DNA of 64,000 nucleotides from contig NIVC01000639.1 of NCBI GenBank assembly GCA_002269645.1, positions 376,153 through 440,152 of the forward strand, given 5' to 3'. Position 1 is the stretch's first letter, and each line of letters begins with the position of its first letter. The DNA comes from Macrostomum lignano (taxonomy: Eukaryota). The notes under the pieces are model-generated. The model saw only the letters and a program-made list of their open reading frames with translations, made no database searches and was not told the DNA's origin. Shown piece by piece: positions 33,531 to 46,506 of the stretch. A program made the position numbers and the translations under genes.

Positions 33531-34522
33531 CACCAGATGGGTGAAATTTTAAGGTTGGGCATGTAAGTATATTCTCATATTTACACAATATTGATTCAAA
33601 GTTGGAGCCAAAATACAAGTAAACTTCCATTTAAAATAGAAAAAATTATGCCATTTTTTAAAATATATATCAATGGTGTTTTTTTCTTTGTTGTATTATC
33701 CAAAATGGCATAAAAACAGGACAAAACAATGATCTCATTTCCAGCTCTTCCTACAACTCCAGTAATGGCACTGATTTTTGGGTAAATGGCAAGAGTAACT
33801 ATTACCACTGTTTTGTAAGAAAGTGATTTATCATCTAATTAGTCAAGTTGATTTTAATTTTACTATCAAGTTTCATTGCATTGGGCATTATGTGTTTATA
33901 AGCATGTATGTACATGAATACACTTGGCTATATGGCTTATTTTTTATCATAAAAGCAACTTAACTATGAAAGAAGAATAAGCAAAGTTAATGTAATGTTT
34001 GGGTAAATGGTAGGAATAACTATAACTGTATTATAAGGGCTAAATGCCTTATCAGCTAATTAGGCCCTAATACTACTTTTAGAATTTTTTGAATGGGCAT
34101 TTTTGCAGCTTACCTTGGCTGGGCCCCTTGCCAGCCAGCTAGATTGGCTTGGTATTGCATCTAGATGATCTATATAAGGACAAAAGTGGCATAATCCTGT
34201 ATTAATCCATATATTAAAAATGGTCTGTCAGTAGGTAGGTATGTGTGTGATTGATTCTAGAAAAAATGGCTGAACTGATTTTCTTCACACTTGCACTATT
34301 CAATCAGAATTATAGTCTAAGGATTAAAATTCCAATATATAGCATATTACTTTTTGAGAATAAAAAAAAACTATTAGTTGTATTTTGCAAAGCACTAATG
34401 CAAAAACATCTACTAAAAATGCTAAAAATGACATATTAGGAATGAAAATCCACCGAATAGTTCAATAGTTATATCATCATATGTCATGTAACTGGCCTAT
34501 AAGGATTAGGTTGGTTAGGCTA

Positions 34523-37090
34523 TGTATTGGTTTCCCGACAGACATTTAGACAGACATTCAGAAATCATTCAGTAAATGTTTAACAAAATTGTCTATTTAG
34601 TACACAAGACAATGTAATTTTTTAGATGTTTTTACGCATGTCTCTGCTTTAAAAAGACACATCAGACACACACAAAGACGCTTCACAAGCTGAGATATTC
34701 CCTAGCAAATGTTGTTACGACGTTTCCCAATATACTGAATACCATATATGGTTGTTTTTTGAGGAGCCGCTACATCGTTGCACTTTGCTCTTTCTGAATA
34801 AAAATTGCACAGCTGCTTGACGCATGTCTCTACTTTAAAAATACATCTTAGACACATACAAAGACACTTCACAAGCTGAGATATTCCCTAGCAATGGTTG
34901 TTAAAACGTTTTCTAGATATACCAAATGCTATTTGAATCATATAACCATTTTTTCAGAAGCTGCACATGCTCTTTCTGCATGAAAATTGCACTGCTGCTT
35001 TACACATGCCTCACTATAAAAAGACACATTAAAGACAAACAAAGATGCTTCACAAGCTGAAGTATTCTTTAGCAACAGTTGTTCCAATGTTTTCTAAATA
35101 CTTAGTATACCGAATGCCTGTCTTTGGCATTTGCATGTTTTCTAGTTGTTCGGTGGGCGATTTTGCTTACCTTTGTCGGAGCTGTCAATTGCAAATCACT
35201 TCGAGACTGATTTGCTTCTGCAGTAAGCAGATTGATTTCTTAAAGTGATACCTGATACTCTCCAGTCATAATTGTTTCTTTTTGGAAGACTCAGCAGAGT
35301 TGCAAATTTTATTTTCCATTTTGAGAGTTAGGTCTTACTTTTTTCTAGTAGTTGTTTGACAACTTTGCTATCTCAATGACTTGTGACAATCAGGTATAGT
35401 TGACACTCTAGACAGGCATGCGGAATCTCAAAAAGTTACATTTACTTGCAATTCTTTCAGGGCTGTTTTTGTTGCTTCCTTTGCTTCCTTGTGTTGCTTT
35501 TTTGCAATGTTTAAATACTACCTAGCATTTTTACATTTGCTCTCAATAATCTTAACTTAATAATAATAATAGTAGTACAGTATATTGCTGTAGCAATGTT
35601 CCTATATGATACAAAATCCCACCACTTCCACCAAAGTTGACGTAGGGGTTACTTCTGTCCTTATAAATAATTTCACAATGCCACCAAAGTTGTGATAGGG
35701 GTGAGCTTCCCTTTATTGATTAATGTACTTTTGTATTAATGTACTTATGCTTATTGGTAGCATGCCTATTTCTCTATCTACTTCTATATTAGTAGCATAT
35801 ACTTATCTTATTGGTAGTGTCTATACATGTACTGTACTCTTTGGCCTAAGCAGTTTAATGACACTGTCTACTTATTTACTCTTATAAGTTTTTTCTCAGT
35901 CCTGGGCATTCCCTAGATCAGAGGGTCACAACCTTATGAATTTTCCTTGCCTTGAAGCGATTTTTCTGCTCTGATGCACTTTCTTGCTAATTAGCCGGCT
36001 TTTTAATACTACTCCTAATTTGGGGATTTACTCTAGGAAATGAATAAGTCTTTACAAGTTTTGCAAATAAGTTTTTTAGAACTAGATTGGCTATTATTCT
36101 CGCTATTTGGGGTGAACGAGGAAGTTCCATGTTAACTTCTCCTGGCCCATTCTGGGCTCCTATTTATACTACCTATACAGTGTATTTAAAACAAAAAGTT
36201 ATTTGGTAAAATATTATTTGATTTTACAACATTTAAACAAATGTAAAAATAATTTCTTTTTTTGCATAAATTCAAATATGGTACTTTCTAGGAAATGTTT
36301 TGTGAATGTATTTAATACTTATACTAGAAGGCCTTATACTATAAAATGAAGCACACTACATCAATATAATCATGGTAATATTAGTAATAATAACAGTACA
36401 GTAACATTAATAGTAATAGCATTAATATTAATAATATTTTGATTTAAATAAATAATACCTATCTATTAAAAAATAATAATATTAATAAAAATAGCTTTTG
36501 GTGTACTAAGTATTTAGAAAACATCGTAACAACCATTGCTAAAGAATATCTCAGTCTATGAAGTGTCTTTGTTAGTCTTTAATGTGTCTTTTTATAGCAA
36601 GAAATGCATAAAGCGGCAGTGCAATTTTCATGCAGAAAGAGCATAACTTCTGAAAAAATGGTTATATGATTCAAACAGCAACATCAAACAGCATTTGGTA
36701 TATCTAGAAAATGTTGTAATAACTATTGCTAGGGAATATCTCAGCTTGTAAAGCATCTTTGTGTGTGTCTAATGTGTCTTTTTAAAGTATACATGCCTAA
36801 AACAGCTGTACAATTTTCATTCAAAAAGAGCAAAGTGTGACAATGTAGTGGCTCTTTAAAAAGCAACCATATACATATTTGGTATATTGGGAAATGTCAT
36901 AACAACCATTGCTGGGGAATATCTCAGCTTGTGAAGTGTCTTTGTGTGTGTCTAGGATGTATTTTTAAAGTAGAGACATGCATAAAAAAGTCTAAAAATT
37001 TACATTGTCTTGCATACTAATTAGACAATTTTGTTAAACATTTACTGATCAATTTCTGAATGTCAAAATGTCTATCAGGAAACCAATACA
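34523..37090. mobile_element. Foldback/Mutator-like non-autonomous element with ~590-bp terminal inverted repeats
   Basis: Arms at 34523-35111 and 36500-37090 are reverse complements, each with three ~185-bp subrepeats (CACAAGCTGA at 34684, 34870, 35051). Termini are TGTATTGG..CCAATACA; flanks are TGGTTAGGCTA and TGGTTAGGACTA (imperfect 11-12-bp target duplication). No intact ORF. Confidence 0.75.
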
Positions 37091-37574
37091 TGGTTAGGAC
37101 TATGCTATTTAAGACAAGTGCATAATTTGGTTATTATTTAATTTAGTTCAAGCCTACTAAAATATATAAAAATTGATATTATAAAATTGATATAGATTTT
37201 AACTGTGAACCTTTACACTAGCAATTGAACTATCTATGGTCATAATTCTTAAAGACCCAGACAGTTACTAAAGAGCTGGGCACACTAGAGAAAATGGAAT
37301 TAACTAAGAACAAGCAGAGCGAGACAAGGGCTCCTACAATAATGAATTATTTTTGCTCCTTTTTGTTGACACAAATATACAATTAGACAGAACAAACCAT
37401 CTTACGAATACACATCAAAAATATACATAGCTTATTAGCTTTTGTAAGATTAGGATTATCGATTTTCTTATTTTTTTAATTTGAAAAATGTTTAGACATA
37501 AGTGATAAGTAGTAAAGTAGTACATACATATATATAAATATATGTTCATATATATATAGTTAATATATTATATA

Positions 37575-38648
37575 CGAGGGATGATCAAAAAGTTCTGCAA
37601 GTGACCTCACAACTCTGTGCTGCAGCAGCCGAGGCGTCTAATCAGTGTCACATTCCCTTAAAGTACTTTCCACCACTATCTATGCACCGTCGCATCCGTG
37701 TGCACCATGTCTGAAAGCAGTCATGGTACTCCAAAGTTGGTATACCCTGTAGAGCTGAATGTACCGCTTGGGCAAGGTCTTGCATGCGTGAAAACGGCCT
37801 CCCAGAAACAACGGATTTGATCCTCGGGAACAGCCAAAAGTCGGAAGGTGCTAGGTCTAGAGAGTAGGGTGGATGGGGCAGCAGCCGGACCCCCTGCTGC
37901 TCCAGGTACGCCATGGTTGATGCCGCTCTGTGCGGTGCCGCATTGTCATGGTGCAGCAGGAGTCGAGGTCCATGCCTGGTTCGCGCACGTTCCTGCCGCT
38001 CCTGCAGCATGCCTGGCAGAACAGTGTCTGTGTAGTACCTGGCAGTCACTGTGGCACCCGCTGGAAGGATGTTCACCGATACAACACCCTGAGAGTTGAA
38101 AAAAATGGTGAACATCCGCTTCCGACTGCGGAATCCGGTCTTCAGCACCTCAGGCCTTGGCTCATCTTCTGCCAGCTAGACCATGTTGGACTGCTTATCC
38201 CTCATGGTAAATCCTCATGAATTATTGCATTGGCATGGGCCACGACATCTTCGGTCACGGATGTCCGGGGTCGGCCAGACCTTGGTTCATCGTTGAAGCT
38301 GTCCCAGCCTTCCAAGAAATGGCGCAGCCAGCAGGCAACTGTGTCAAATGATGGAGCAGAGTCAGCTAAAACATTCACAAAACATGGTGTGAATCTCTGT
38401 CACTTTGCAACCAAGTTGCATGCACATAAAGATATAGAAGCGAACACTGTCTTTTGATGTTTCCATCAGCTACTGAAAACACATGGAAAATATATGGCTG
38501 TGAAATTTTACTGGAGCACATTTGAAGCCAAAAATGCATATAAATATAGCAAACAGATATAGCCGCATATGTGTAAGTTTTTGGCTTTTGCTGATTCTAT
38601 AACTAAAAGCTATAACAAAAGGTTGCAGAACTTTTTGATCACCCCTCG
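37575..38648 (-). mobile_element. Internally deleted mariner element (1074 bp)
   Basis: 26-bp TIRs with 1 mismatch (CGAGGGATGATCAAAAAGTTCTGCAA) and TA flanks. The C-terminal transposase ORF 37648-38148 has HHDNAPPH and YSLDLAPSDFWLF; an N-terminal HTH remnant is present, but the WVPH/GDETW region is absent. Confidence 0.93.
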
Positions 38649-38753
38649 TATGTTCCTAGCATAACTCTTTAATTTTTTTTCATTTGTAGTTAAACATTAT
38701 CACAAGCACTTATAGCAAATTTGTATTATGAGACTAGCAAAAGAATGCATCCA

Positions 38754-39349
38754 GGACTATTTGTCTTCCAGACTATTTGTCTGCCCTAAGCAAATGGCCA
38801 GTGGACTATTTGTCTTCCAGACTATTTGTCTGCCCTAAGCAAATGGCCAGTGGACTATTTGTCTTCCAGACTATTTGTCTGCCCTAAGCAAATGGCCAGT
38901 GGACTATTTGTCTTCCAGACTATTTGTCTGCCCTAAGCAAATGGCCAGTGGACTATTTGTCTTCCAGACTATTTGTCTGCCCTAAGCAAATGGCCAGTGG
39001 ACTATTTGTCTTCCAGACTATTTGTCTGCCCTAAGCAAATGGCCAGTGGACTATTTGTCTTCCAGACTATTTGTCTGCCCTAAGCAAATGGCCAGTGGAC
39101 TATTTGTCTTCCAGACTATTTGTCTGCCCTAAGCAAATGGCCAGTGGACTATTTGTCTTCCAGACTATTTGTCTGCCCTAAGCAAATGGCCAGTGGACTA
39201 TTTGTCTTCCAGACTATTTGTCTGCCCTAAGCAAATGGCCAGTGGACTATTTGTCTTCCAGACTATTTGTCTGCCCTAAGCAAATGGCCAGTGGACTATT
39301 TGTCTTCCAGACTATTTGTCTGCCCTAAGCAAATGGCCAGTGGACTATT
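38754..39349. repeat. 49-bp minisatellite, 12 identical copies plus a partial copy
   Basis: GGACTATTTGTCTTCCAGACTATTTGTCTGCCCTAAGCAAATGGCCAGT; the unit contains an internal GACTATTTGTCT duplication. Confidence 0.97.
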
Positions 39350-40970
39350 CGTCTATTGGTGCTAAATAATGGATATGGTATTAACCGACATAGGTTTCTG
39401 GACACTTAGGTAACAAGATGCTTTGGCAACAAATGTTTTAGCAACAAGTCATATTGGCAATAAATAGTTGTGGTAACTTATAGCATAGCAAGTGCAAGCT
39501 TGAGTTCCTAAATTTATTATAGTCATTTTATTGCGTCACTACACAATTGATATAGACAAAGACAATAATGCTATTGTATCTACTTTTCTAAACCATGCCA
39601 CAATAAAAAAATGAAAGCCATTGTATTATAATCTACACAAATAAAAGTTATCCTGCTATCAAAAATGAATTTTAGATACTATGCCAATGCAATGTTGCAA
39701 TGAAATCATGATACACTAGTGGCACGCGCCACCACCATAAAAATTCTTAGAAATTATAAACTTTTAGCAAAGCCAACATTTTCTTCATTTTTTAAAATTC
39801 TAGAATATAATTTTTTGAAAAACATAGGTAAAAACATTTTAGAATCTTCTTGCTTATTAGTGCTGGTGCAGCACCTCTTAAAGAGTTTTAAAACTTTTCA
39901 ATTTGGACTGTTTGTCTGCCTGTAGATAAATAGCCAGCAGACGAAGTCTGGTAGGCCTACCCAAAAGTCAAAGAATGCACTAGGCCCTAAGTTGTATTTT
40001 TATCAATAATATAACCTTATTTTATAAGTGAGCCAATGAGGTGTCTTGTCTTTATACTCATACAATAATAAAGCTTCACTATTTTAATATATGATATTAT
40101 AGTTTTTGAACACTATGACTATACATCATACTGCCATTGGAATTACTAGATTATAACTATTAGGAGTAGCTTAGGTTAGGTGGTCGGTTTGGGCCTGGCC
40201 TGGCGCAACTTGCTAGGCCTAGGCCTAGATATTTTTGCTTTGCAATTTCTCTCCATATATACTTGCTGTCGAGGATCTTAGATCTGTCTGCCGATATTTT
40301 ATACACTAGGGATTTAACGCTTATTAGATAGATTTTACATTATACATACTAGATGTACTGTAATTAATGCGTGCCGTTGTGCACATCAAATCATCTATAG
40401 TGGTCGTTCTTGTCGCCCCGTCGCAAAATATAGTAGTATATAGTAAGTTTGGCTCAGGCAAGAAGCCTGTTTGGCCAATATATTTCAATGTTTTGACAAT
40501 AATTCAAGAAGAGTAGAAGGAAATATTTATGCATAGCAGCATAGGTAGTGAGGTGGGGGCGGAGAAAGAAAAAAATAAAATGAATGAACTGGGCCTTTGA
40601 ATTGGGGTTTTCTTCGAAAACCGATCGGCTTTGCGTTCGCACGAATAAAGCCGGAAATCGCGCAGAAGAATCACAACGAAATCTTTCTCCTGTTTTACTC
40701 CGACAGCTGGGTTCTCAAGTCCGGGGAGTGTAGTCGTAATCGTAGCAGAGCGGTCTTGTAGCGGCGCGGCCGTTCAATTGATGAAACACCGGAGATTCTG
40801 ACACTGTAGCTTAATGTGTAGATTTGCTGAGCTGGTTACTTTCAGTAGGGTAGTTGCTGCCACCACTGTAATTTACGTATTACAGAACGATTCAGTCTCG
40901 GAGCTTTCTTTGAGCTGAGAACTTTGGTCATTTTACGCCCCACGGGCAAATGACACGAGAAATACTATGG

Positions 40971-42341
40971 TGTGGCGGAAGGCCTTTTAGTTTTAATAGA
41001 TGGAATGGCAGCGAAGATTCTGCACTGCGTTGCGCGTGTATTTATATTATATGATTATAACAAACAGTGCGAGATTGAGGGGCCAAAGGAGGTGCGAAAA
41101 GGTGGCGTGGCGCGATTGGCTACGCCAACCCCCCGGCTTAGCGAGCCGGCTAGCTTGGCGCGCACCCACCCCACCTCAGCTAGACAGAGGCGGGTGGGGG
41201 TTTCCAGTGCGGCTGCACTGGTGCTGCCGGTCGCGTAGTCTGGCCGCCACACAGCTCCCCCCAGCACCGAGCTAAGCCCCGAACGTCGGGTGGTAGCCGA
41301 GGCCGCGAGAGTGCCGAGGAGCGGGCGCCGAAAGCTAAGCGCCGAAGACCGCGGAGCTGCCGAGGAGCGGGCGCCGAAAGCTAAGCGCCGAAGACCGCGG
41401 AGCTGCTGAGGAGCGGGCGCCGAAGACCGCAGGGGCGCGAGGCGGGCGCCGAAGGCGGCAGGGGCGCGAGGCGGGCGCCGAAGGTGGCAGGGGCGCGAGG
41501 CGGGCGCCGATGGCAGCAGGGCGCCGAGCGGGCTCCAGGCGGGCGCCGATGGCAGCAGGTCGCCGAGCATGCGCCGACGGCAGCAGGGCGCCAGGCGGGC
41601 GCCAAAAGCAGCAGGTCGCTGAGCGGGCGCCGAAGGCAGCAGGGCGCCAGGCGGGCGCCGAAGGCAGCAGCAGGGCGCCAGGCGGGCGCCAAAGGCAGCA
41701 GCAGGGGCGCGCGCACGGACCACACCAGAGGCAATCGACAGTCAGTTGCCGCCGTGAGCCGGGTCGATGCTCCTGCACAGAGGCTGGGGACGTTAGGCTA
41801 GCAGCAGCGGTGCTAACCTAGAATGAGCTGCAGCGTGTGGCGCTGGTTGGTCCAACGCGGGGGCCGAAAGGCGAGACCCCAGGAGCTACCGGGGGGCGGG
41901 CTGACTGGGCCGATTCGTGCTGCGGGGTACTGCTGTGGCTGCTGTGCTGCTGTGCTGCGGAGCTGTTGTGCTACTGTTGCGGTCGGCCAAGGCGGTTGGC
42001 TGCCAGGACCGCACAGGGCCGACAAGGCAGGCCCAGCGTTCCGCGCTGGGAGTCGGGCTCACCAATGTGGCGGAAGGCCTTTTAGTTTTAATAGATGGAA
42101 TGGCAGCGAAGATTCTGCATTGCGTTGCGCGTGTATTTATATGATTATAACAAACAGTGCGAGATTGAGGGGCCAAGGGAGGTGCGAAAAGGTGGCGTGG
42201 CGCGATTGGCTACGCCAACCCCCCGGCTTAGCGAGCCGGCTAGCTTGGCGCGAACCCACCCCACCTCAGCTAGACAGAGGCGGGGGGGGGGTTCCAGTGC
42301 GGCTGCACTGGTGCTGCCGGTCGCGTAGTCTGGCCGCCACA
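40971..42341 (-). mobile_element. TRIM-like non-autonomous LTR retrotransposon (1371 bp)
   Basis: LTRs at 40971-41251 and 42066-42341 (TGTGGCGG..CCGCCACA, about 98% identical); 4-bp target duplication ATGG; PBS-like TGGTGAGCCCGAC (- strand, 42064-42052); PPT-like GGGGGGAG (- strand, 41262-41255); non-coding GC-rich tandem interior. Confidence 0.9.
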
Positions 42342-42499
42342 ATGGCTTTGGTTCAACGGATAAATATTAGAAGTTCAAGTTTATTGAGTTGCGTTATTAT
42401 TTAGCAGGCTGGATAAATTGAAAAATTACTTAATCGACTCGACACTATGAGGATGAGACGGGGGAGAGGAAGGGTAAGCCAGCGGTAGCAGAAAATCAT

Positions 42500-43700
42500 G
42501 TTGCATCGCGTTTAAATATACAAAAGGAATAACGGTTCACAAATTGGAGCATCGGCTGGACATAAACATGGAAGCAAATTCACGCAAAGGGGCATATCGC
42601 GGGGCGGCAATAAACAAAAGAAAAAAACAAAAACTACGGCTCTCGTCCAGCGTCGTGTAAGCAAAAAATTCAAAATCGATCATTAAGTATTGGATCGCCG
42701 GGTCCGAGAGGAAACAATAGCAGCGTGTTTCCTCGACTATTTGATTCAATCAGATCGCGGAAACTCTTGCCCGATGAATCAGTGCAGCGTGGTGAACTGT
42801 AACCGCGGTCAAATACCGCCACGACTCGATACCCTGGCACATTCGCACAGAGTAGTTTTGTTAGTGCAGCTGGAATGAAATGCTCTCGCTCCATCTCTGT
42901 CTGGTAGGTCGCCAGATTTCCATCACTGAGGGCAGGAGATATGGATCTACTGAGCGGTGCTGCGTAAACTACCTTGTCAGTCGCATTCACTACGACCAGT
43001 TTCTTTAAAACGTTGCTACACTTCGGAGCATAGTATGTGCGTTTCTGCAGATGGTGCTGGCCGCCTTTACCGATGAAAAAGTATATGTATGGTCACCGAT
43101 GAACAAAACAAGCTGCTTATCCCGAACGTATCGTTCAAAAACACCTGCAAAAATTCGTCCCTGACAACGTTCGTCTCCAGGATCGTCTCAATCGGAGCAC
43201 ATGACAGCAGCCTTGGTTGAAAAGGGTCGTTGATGTAGTGATCCTTGGCCACCTCCCAAAAGACTTCACAAGCGCGGCGCGCAGAAATATAGAAATTGTT
43301 TCCTATGGCTTCAAAAGCTGACGCCATGGCGGAGTTTTTTCAGGTAAAGAAATACTCTGTTCTCTTGACTTAGAAATCTAGTGCGTACTAAGCCAGAGAT
43401 GAGGCTTTTGAAGCTGTCGAAGTACTCTCGAGACATTCCGACGACTTTCTCAAAGCGCTTGTCAGCCAAAGTTCAGAAAAAAGATTCGGGCTAAAAAACT
43501 TTTTAACCTTGGTTGGAGAACGCTGCAGCGCATCTCTCACATCTGCGAATGACTTGCAGGAGCCAAAGGAAGTCGCTTCCTTTAAAACCGAACACCTGGT
43601 TGTCTGCTGATGTTTCTTGAGGTTGAATTCAGTGCTAGCTGAACTGTTTACCACATCGATGGCATGCCCAGTCCATGACAAAGCTAAGTTACATAGATTG
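42500..43700 (-). mobile_element. Possible degraded DNA-transposase remnant
   Basis: Short broken ORFs contain VVAVFDRGYSS (DDE-like DRGY) and STEFNLKKHQ (BED-like). The family cannot be assigned. Confidence 0.25.
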
Positions 43701-44506
43701 AAAAGTGAAGGAGGAGCCGCAACAGTCGATCAGAAAATGTGCATCACCAAATTATTGCACGCATAGATTTCGAAATATAAATGGCTAATGGTCACGCACT
43801 TTAGAGTCCAGCATGCTGGCTACTGACAAGCGTTTCTGACATATAAAATACCTTTCTGCCCAAATATTTTAACACTTTTATAATGATAATCGCAGTATTA
43901 TTAACACACTTAGCGTCGGCCATGCAATACATGCGATGCGGGATTCAGATTGCGTAATCGATACTTAAATGCTCGTTGCCCAGCAAAAAGAAAGTTCAAG
44001 GTGTCAGGTAGGGCAATAAAAAGTGAACAACACTCATTATAAAATGATCGATATTGGCTAGCCAAGAATTACGTCGGCCCTCTATATAATGAGGATTTCA
44101 ATATTAGGTCCATAAGATTTAGGCATATGATTACAAAGGCACAGCACCCTCGGCATCTCTGTTAGCCTCTCTTGCCAACTAATGTATAATCCCATCAGTA
44201 CTCGAAATATGGCCCGTAAAAATGATCAACGCAAGAGGGATGCGGTTTTCAACGATTCTTTTCTCATTGTCCGTCCAGTAGAGAGATCCGATAGAGAAAC
44301 CGGCTCAATCGGCCACCGCTTCCATTTCAGAGCCTTAAGTTCACATGAAATCCCCATTTTCCCCATTTATCCCATGCGGAAGCGGCCGGGGTGGAAGAAA
44401 GATTAATTACGCTTTTCTTGGCTATTTTGGGTCTGAATAGTGAGGATTTCTCAGCGGTTTGGTTGCTGGACTCACGGCTTCCAAATCGCGCTTAAGTTCA
44501 CATCCT

Positions 44507-44612
44507 CTGTCCGTGTGCGGACAAAATTTCTCCGTGTGCGGACAAAATTTCTCCGTGTGCGGACAAAATTTCTCCGTGTGCGGACAAAATTTCTCCGTGT
44601 GCGGACAAAATT
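44507..44612. repeat. 21-bp repeat (TCCGTGTGCGGACAAAATTTC) x5
   Basis: Read directly. Confidence 0.93.
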
Positions 44613-45069
44613 AGCGATTAGTCATTTCCTTTTACCTTTTGAAATATATGTGGCTAGTGAGGTTTCTACAGTATATAGTCGGTGAAAATGGTTTTCAGGT
44701 TTTCAAAGAAATGAAACTTCTACTAAATTGGTCGTAGCAACAACATGTACACACTTAATTTAATTTCATGCAGTAAAACTACACATAATATGTGGACACA
44801 AACAGGGTTTTTAATATTTGAAAAGTACACGTAAGTTTTACTAGCTATTGCAGGACGACATCATCTGAATTGTTGTCCGGAATGTACAATGTTTGTAATA
44901 TGTAGTCAGATGATTTTAATAATCAAAAATCAAAAATAATAATCTATTCCTACTGGTACTTAGCCATTTAAAGAGATACTTAAGAGGGCGCAGTGCAATC
45001 CTCCAGCACAGGAACATGCATGTAAATCGTCATAGCCTTAAAAATTTGATGGCTATGTCTACCTGTTCT

Positions 45070-45140
45070 GTCCAATGGGACACAGTTAAAAAAGCTAGCG
45101 CGTCATTGGTGATTACAGCGCTACAAAAACACTATAAATT
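45070..45140 (+). promoter_or_regulatory. Putative Pol II promoter (CCAAT, inverted CCAAT, TATA) of PAN-LamG copy A
   Basis: CCAAT at 45072, ATTGG at 45105 and TATAAAT at 45133; all three are conserved upstream of copy B (57866, 57904, 57933). Confidence 0.55.
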
Positions 45141-45205
45141 CTCATAACGCAGCCGACGCAGGGAAGCCCAAAGCAACAAGTTCTAATAAAAAATCATGCA
45201 TTGCA

Positions 45206-46506
45206 ATGTTAGTTGGTTTAATACCGCTACTGTTTTTGTGCTACCCAGCTGTAGCATGCGAGCAATGCTCTGCCGTGTATGAGCTTCTGACCAACACCTG
45301 TCCGATGAGTGCTCCGTCTGGCCTGAAGCCCGCGACCGCTGCCGTCGAGTTTGAGTGCATGCGGAACTGCACTCTGAATAGCTGGTGCCGACTGTCTGTG
45401 TACTTGACAGACAGTGGTGCCTGCTACGGCCTGCCTAACGTGACTTTAGTGACTGGCAGCTGCGGTCTGGTGCGAAGGAAACTGGCCATCGTTTCCGGTA
45501 AGCTTTTAGCATGGCAGTTGATGCGGTCAGATTTGTCTCGCACAGGGTAAACAAGTGTGAACTATCATCATTTCACAGACGCATCAACGTCTGCAACTGC
45601 CTCAACGATCGGATCAACTGGTTCCACGACCAGCCCGACCAGCGCAACTGGGACTCAATCTCCGGTCACTGTAGCATCGACCACAATGATGCAGAGTGTC
45701 TCCACGGCTGCCATTTCGTCCGGAGTGTCGAACCTGAGCTTCGCCTCAAGCGTACTGCTTTGGTACAACTTTCGAAAGGGCTTCATGAACCTGGCCAACC
45801 CGGGCCGTTTCGATGTCTCACCTTTTGGTGTTGCGGACCAGAATGCACTCAAAGGAGTTCGCCTCAACGGCTCCTCCGGTTCCTATCTCGAGGTTCAATC
45901 GACCAAGTTTTTCAAAAATTTTAAATCCGAGAAAAGCTACAGCTTCTTTTTTCAAGGGACTTTCGCTGGCAACGCATCGTGAGTTTTCAGCAAATTCAAT
46001 TTTAAAATATTCAGGATTTTTAACGCGTTATTAATCATTATTAACCACACAGCGGTTGCATACATTGCAGGCTTCGATGCATCAGTTCGTTTAGCAGCTG
46101 CTCGTACAACACCACCGTCAGCCACTTCAGCACTGACATCGCTGCCAGGATTTACTCCAAGACCTACTTTTCAGACGGCTCCGAAGAATTCGCGTTGGTG
46201 GGCGCAGAAGCAGCTCTGCCGAACAACGGCACTCAGCAAAGCTACTCTGTTGGACTGGCCTTTATTGGTGGGGACAAGAAGTACCTGGATAAATGGTACA
46301 TGAACGGTAGTTTCTACGGCACGGAATCACCAAACAATGTCGGCGGCAGCCCCGCCACCAACCAAACCTTTGACTGTCTGCGGATCGGCAACTGCTTCAG
46401 CGCCGGCCCTCGGCCCTACAACGGCTGGCTGCAGTGCTGGGGGTTCGTCAACGGCACTCTCAGTCTTCCCGAGTTTAACAGCCTTCGCCAATTGTGCAAC
46501 TCTTAG
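45206..46506 (+). CDS. Secreted PAN/apple + Ser/Thr linker + LamG/ConA-like protein, copy A (375 aa)
   Basis: Exons 45206-45497, 45579-45978 and 46071-46506 total 1128 nt with an open frame. Signal peptide MLVGLIPLLFLCYPAVA; PAN-like ECMRNCTLNSWCRLSVYLTDSGAC; S/T-rich stalk; LamG-like LLWYNF..VRLNGSSGSYLEV..KWYMNG..LRIGNC..YNGWLQCWGFVNGTLS. Confidence 0.85.

Noticed and set aside
45541-45552. 1-nt microexon (CACAG|G|GTAAAC) in PAN-LamG intron 1
   Set aside because: Inclusion would shift the frame and destroy the LamG domain; the single 81-nt intron gives a clean ORF.
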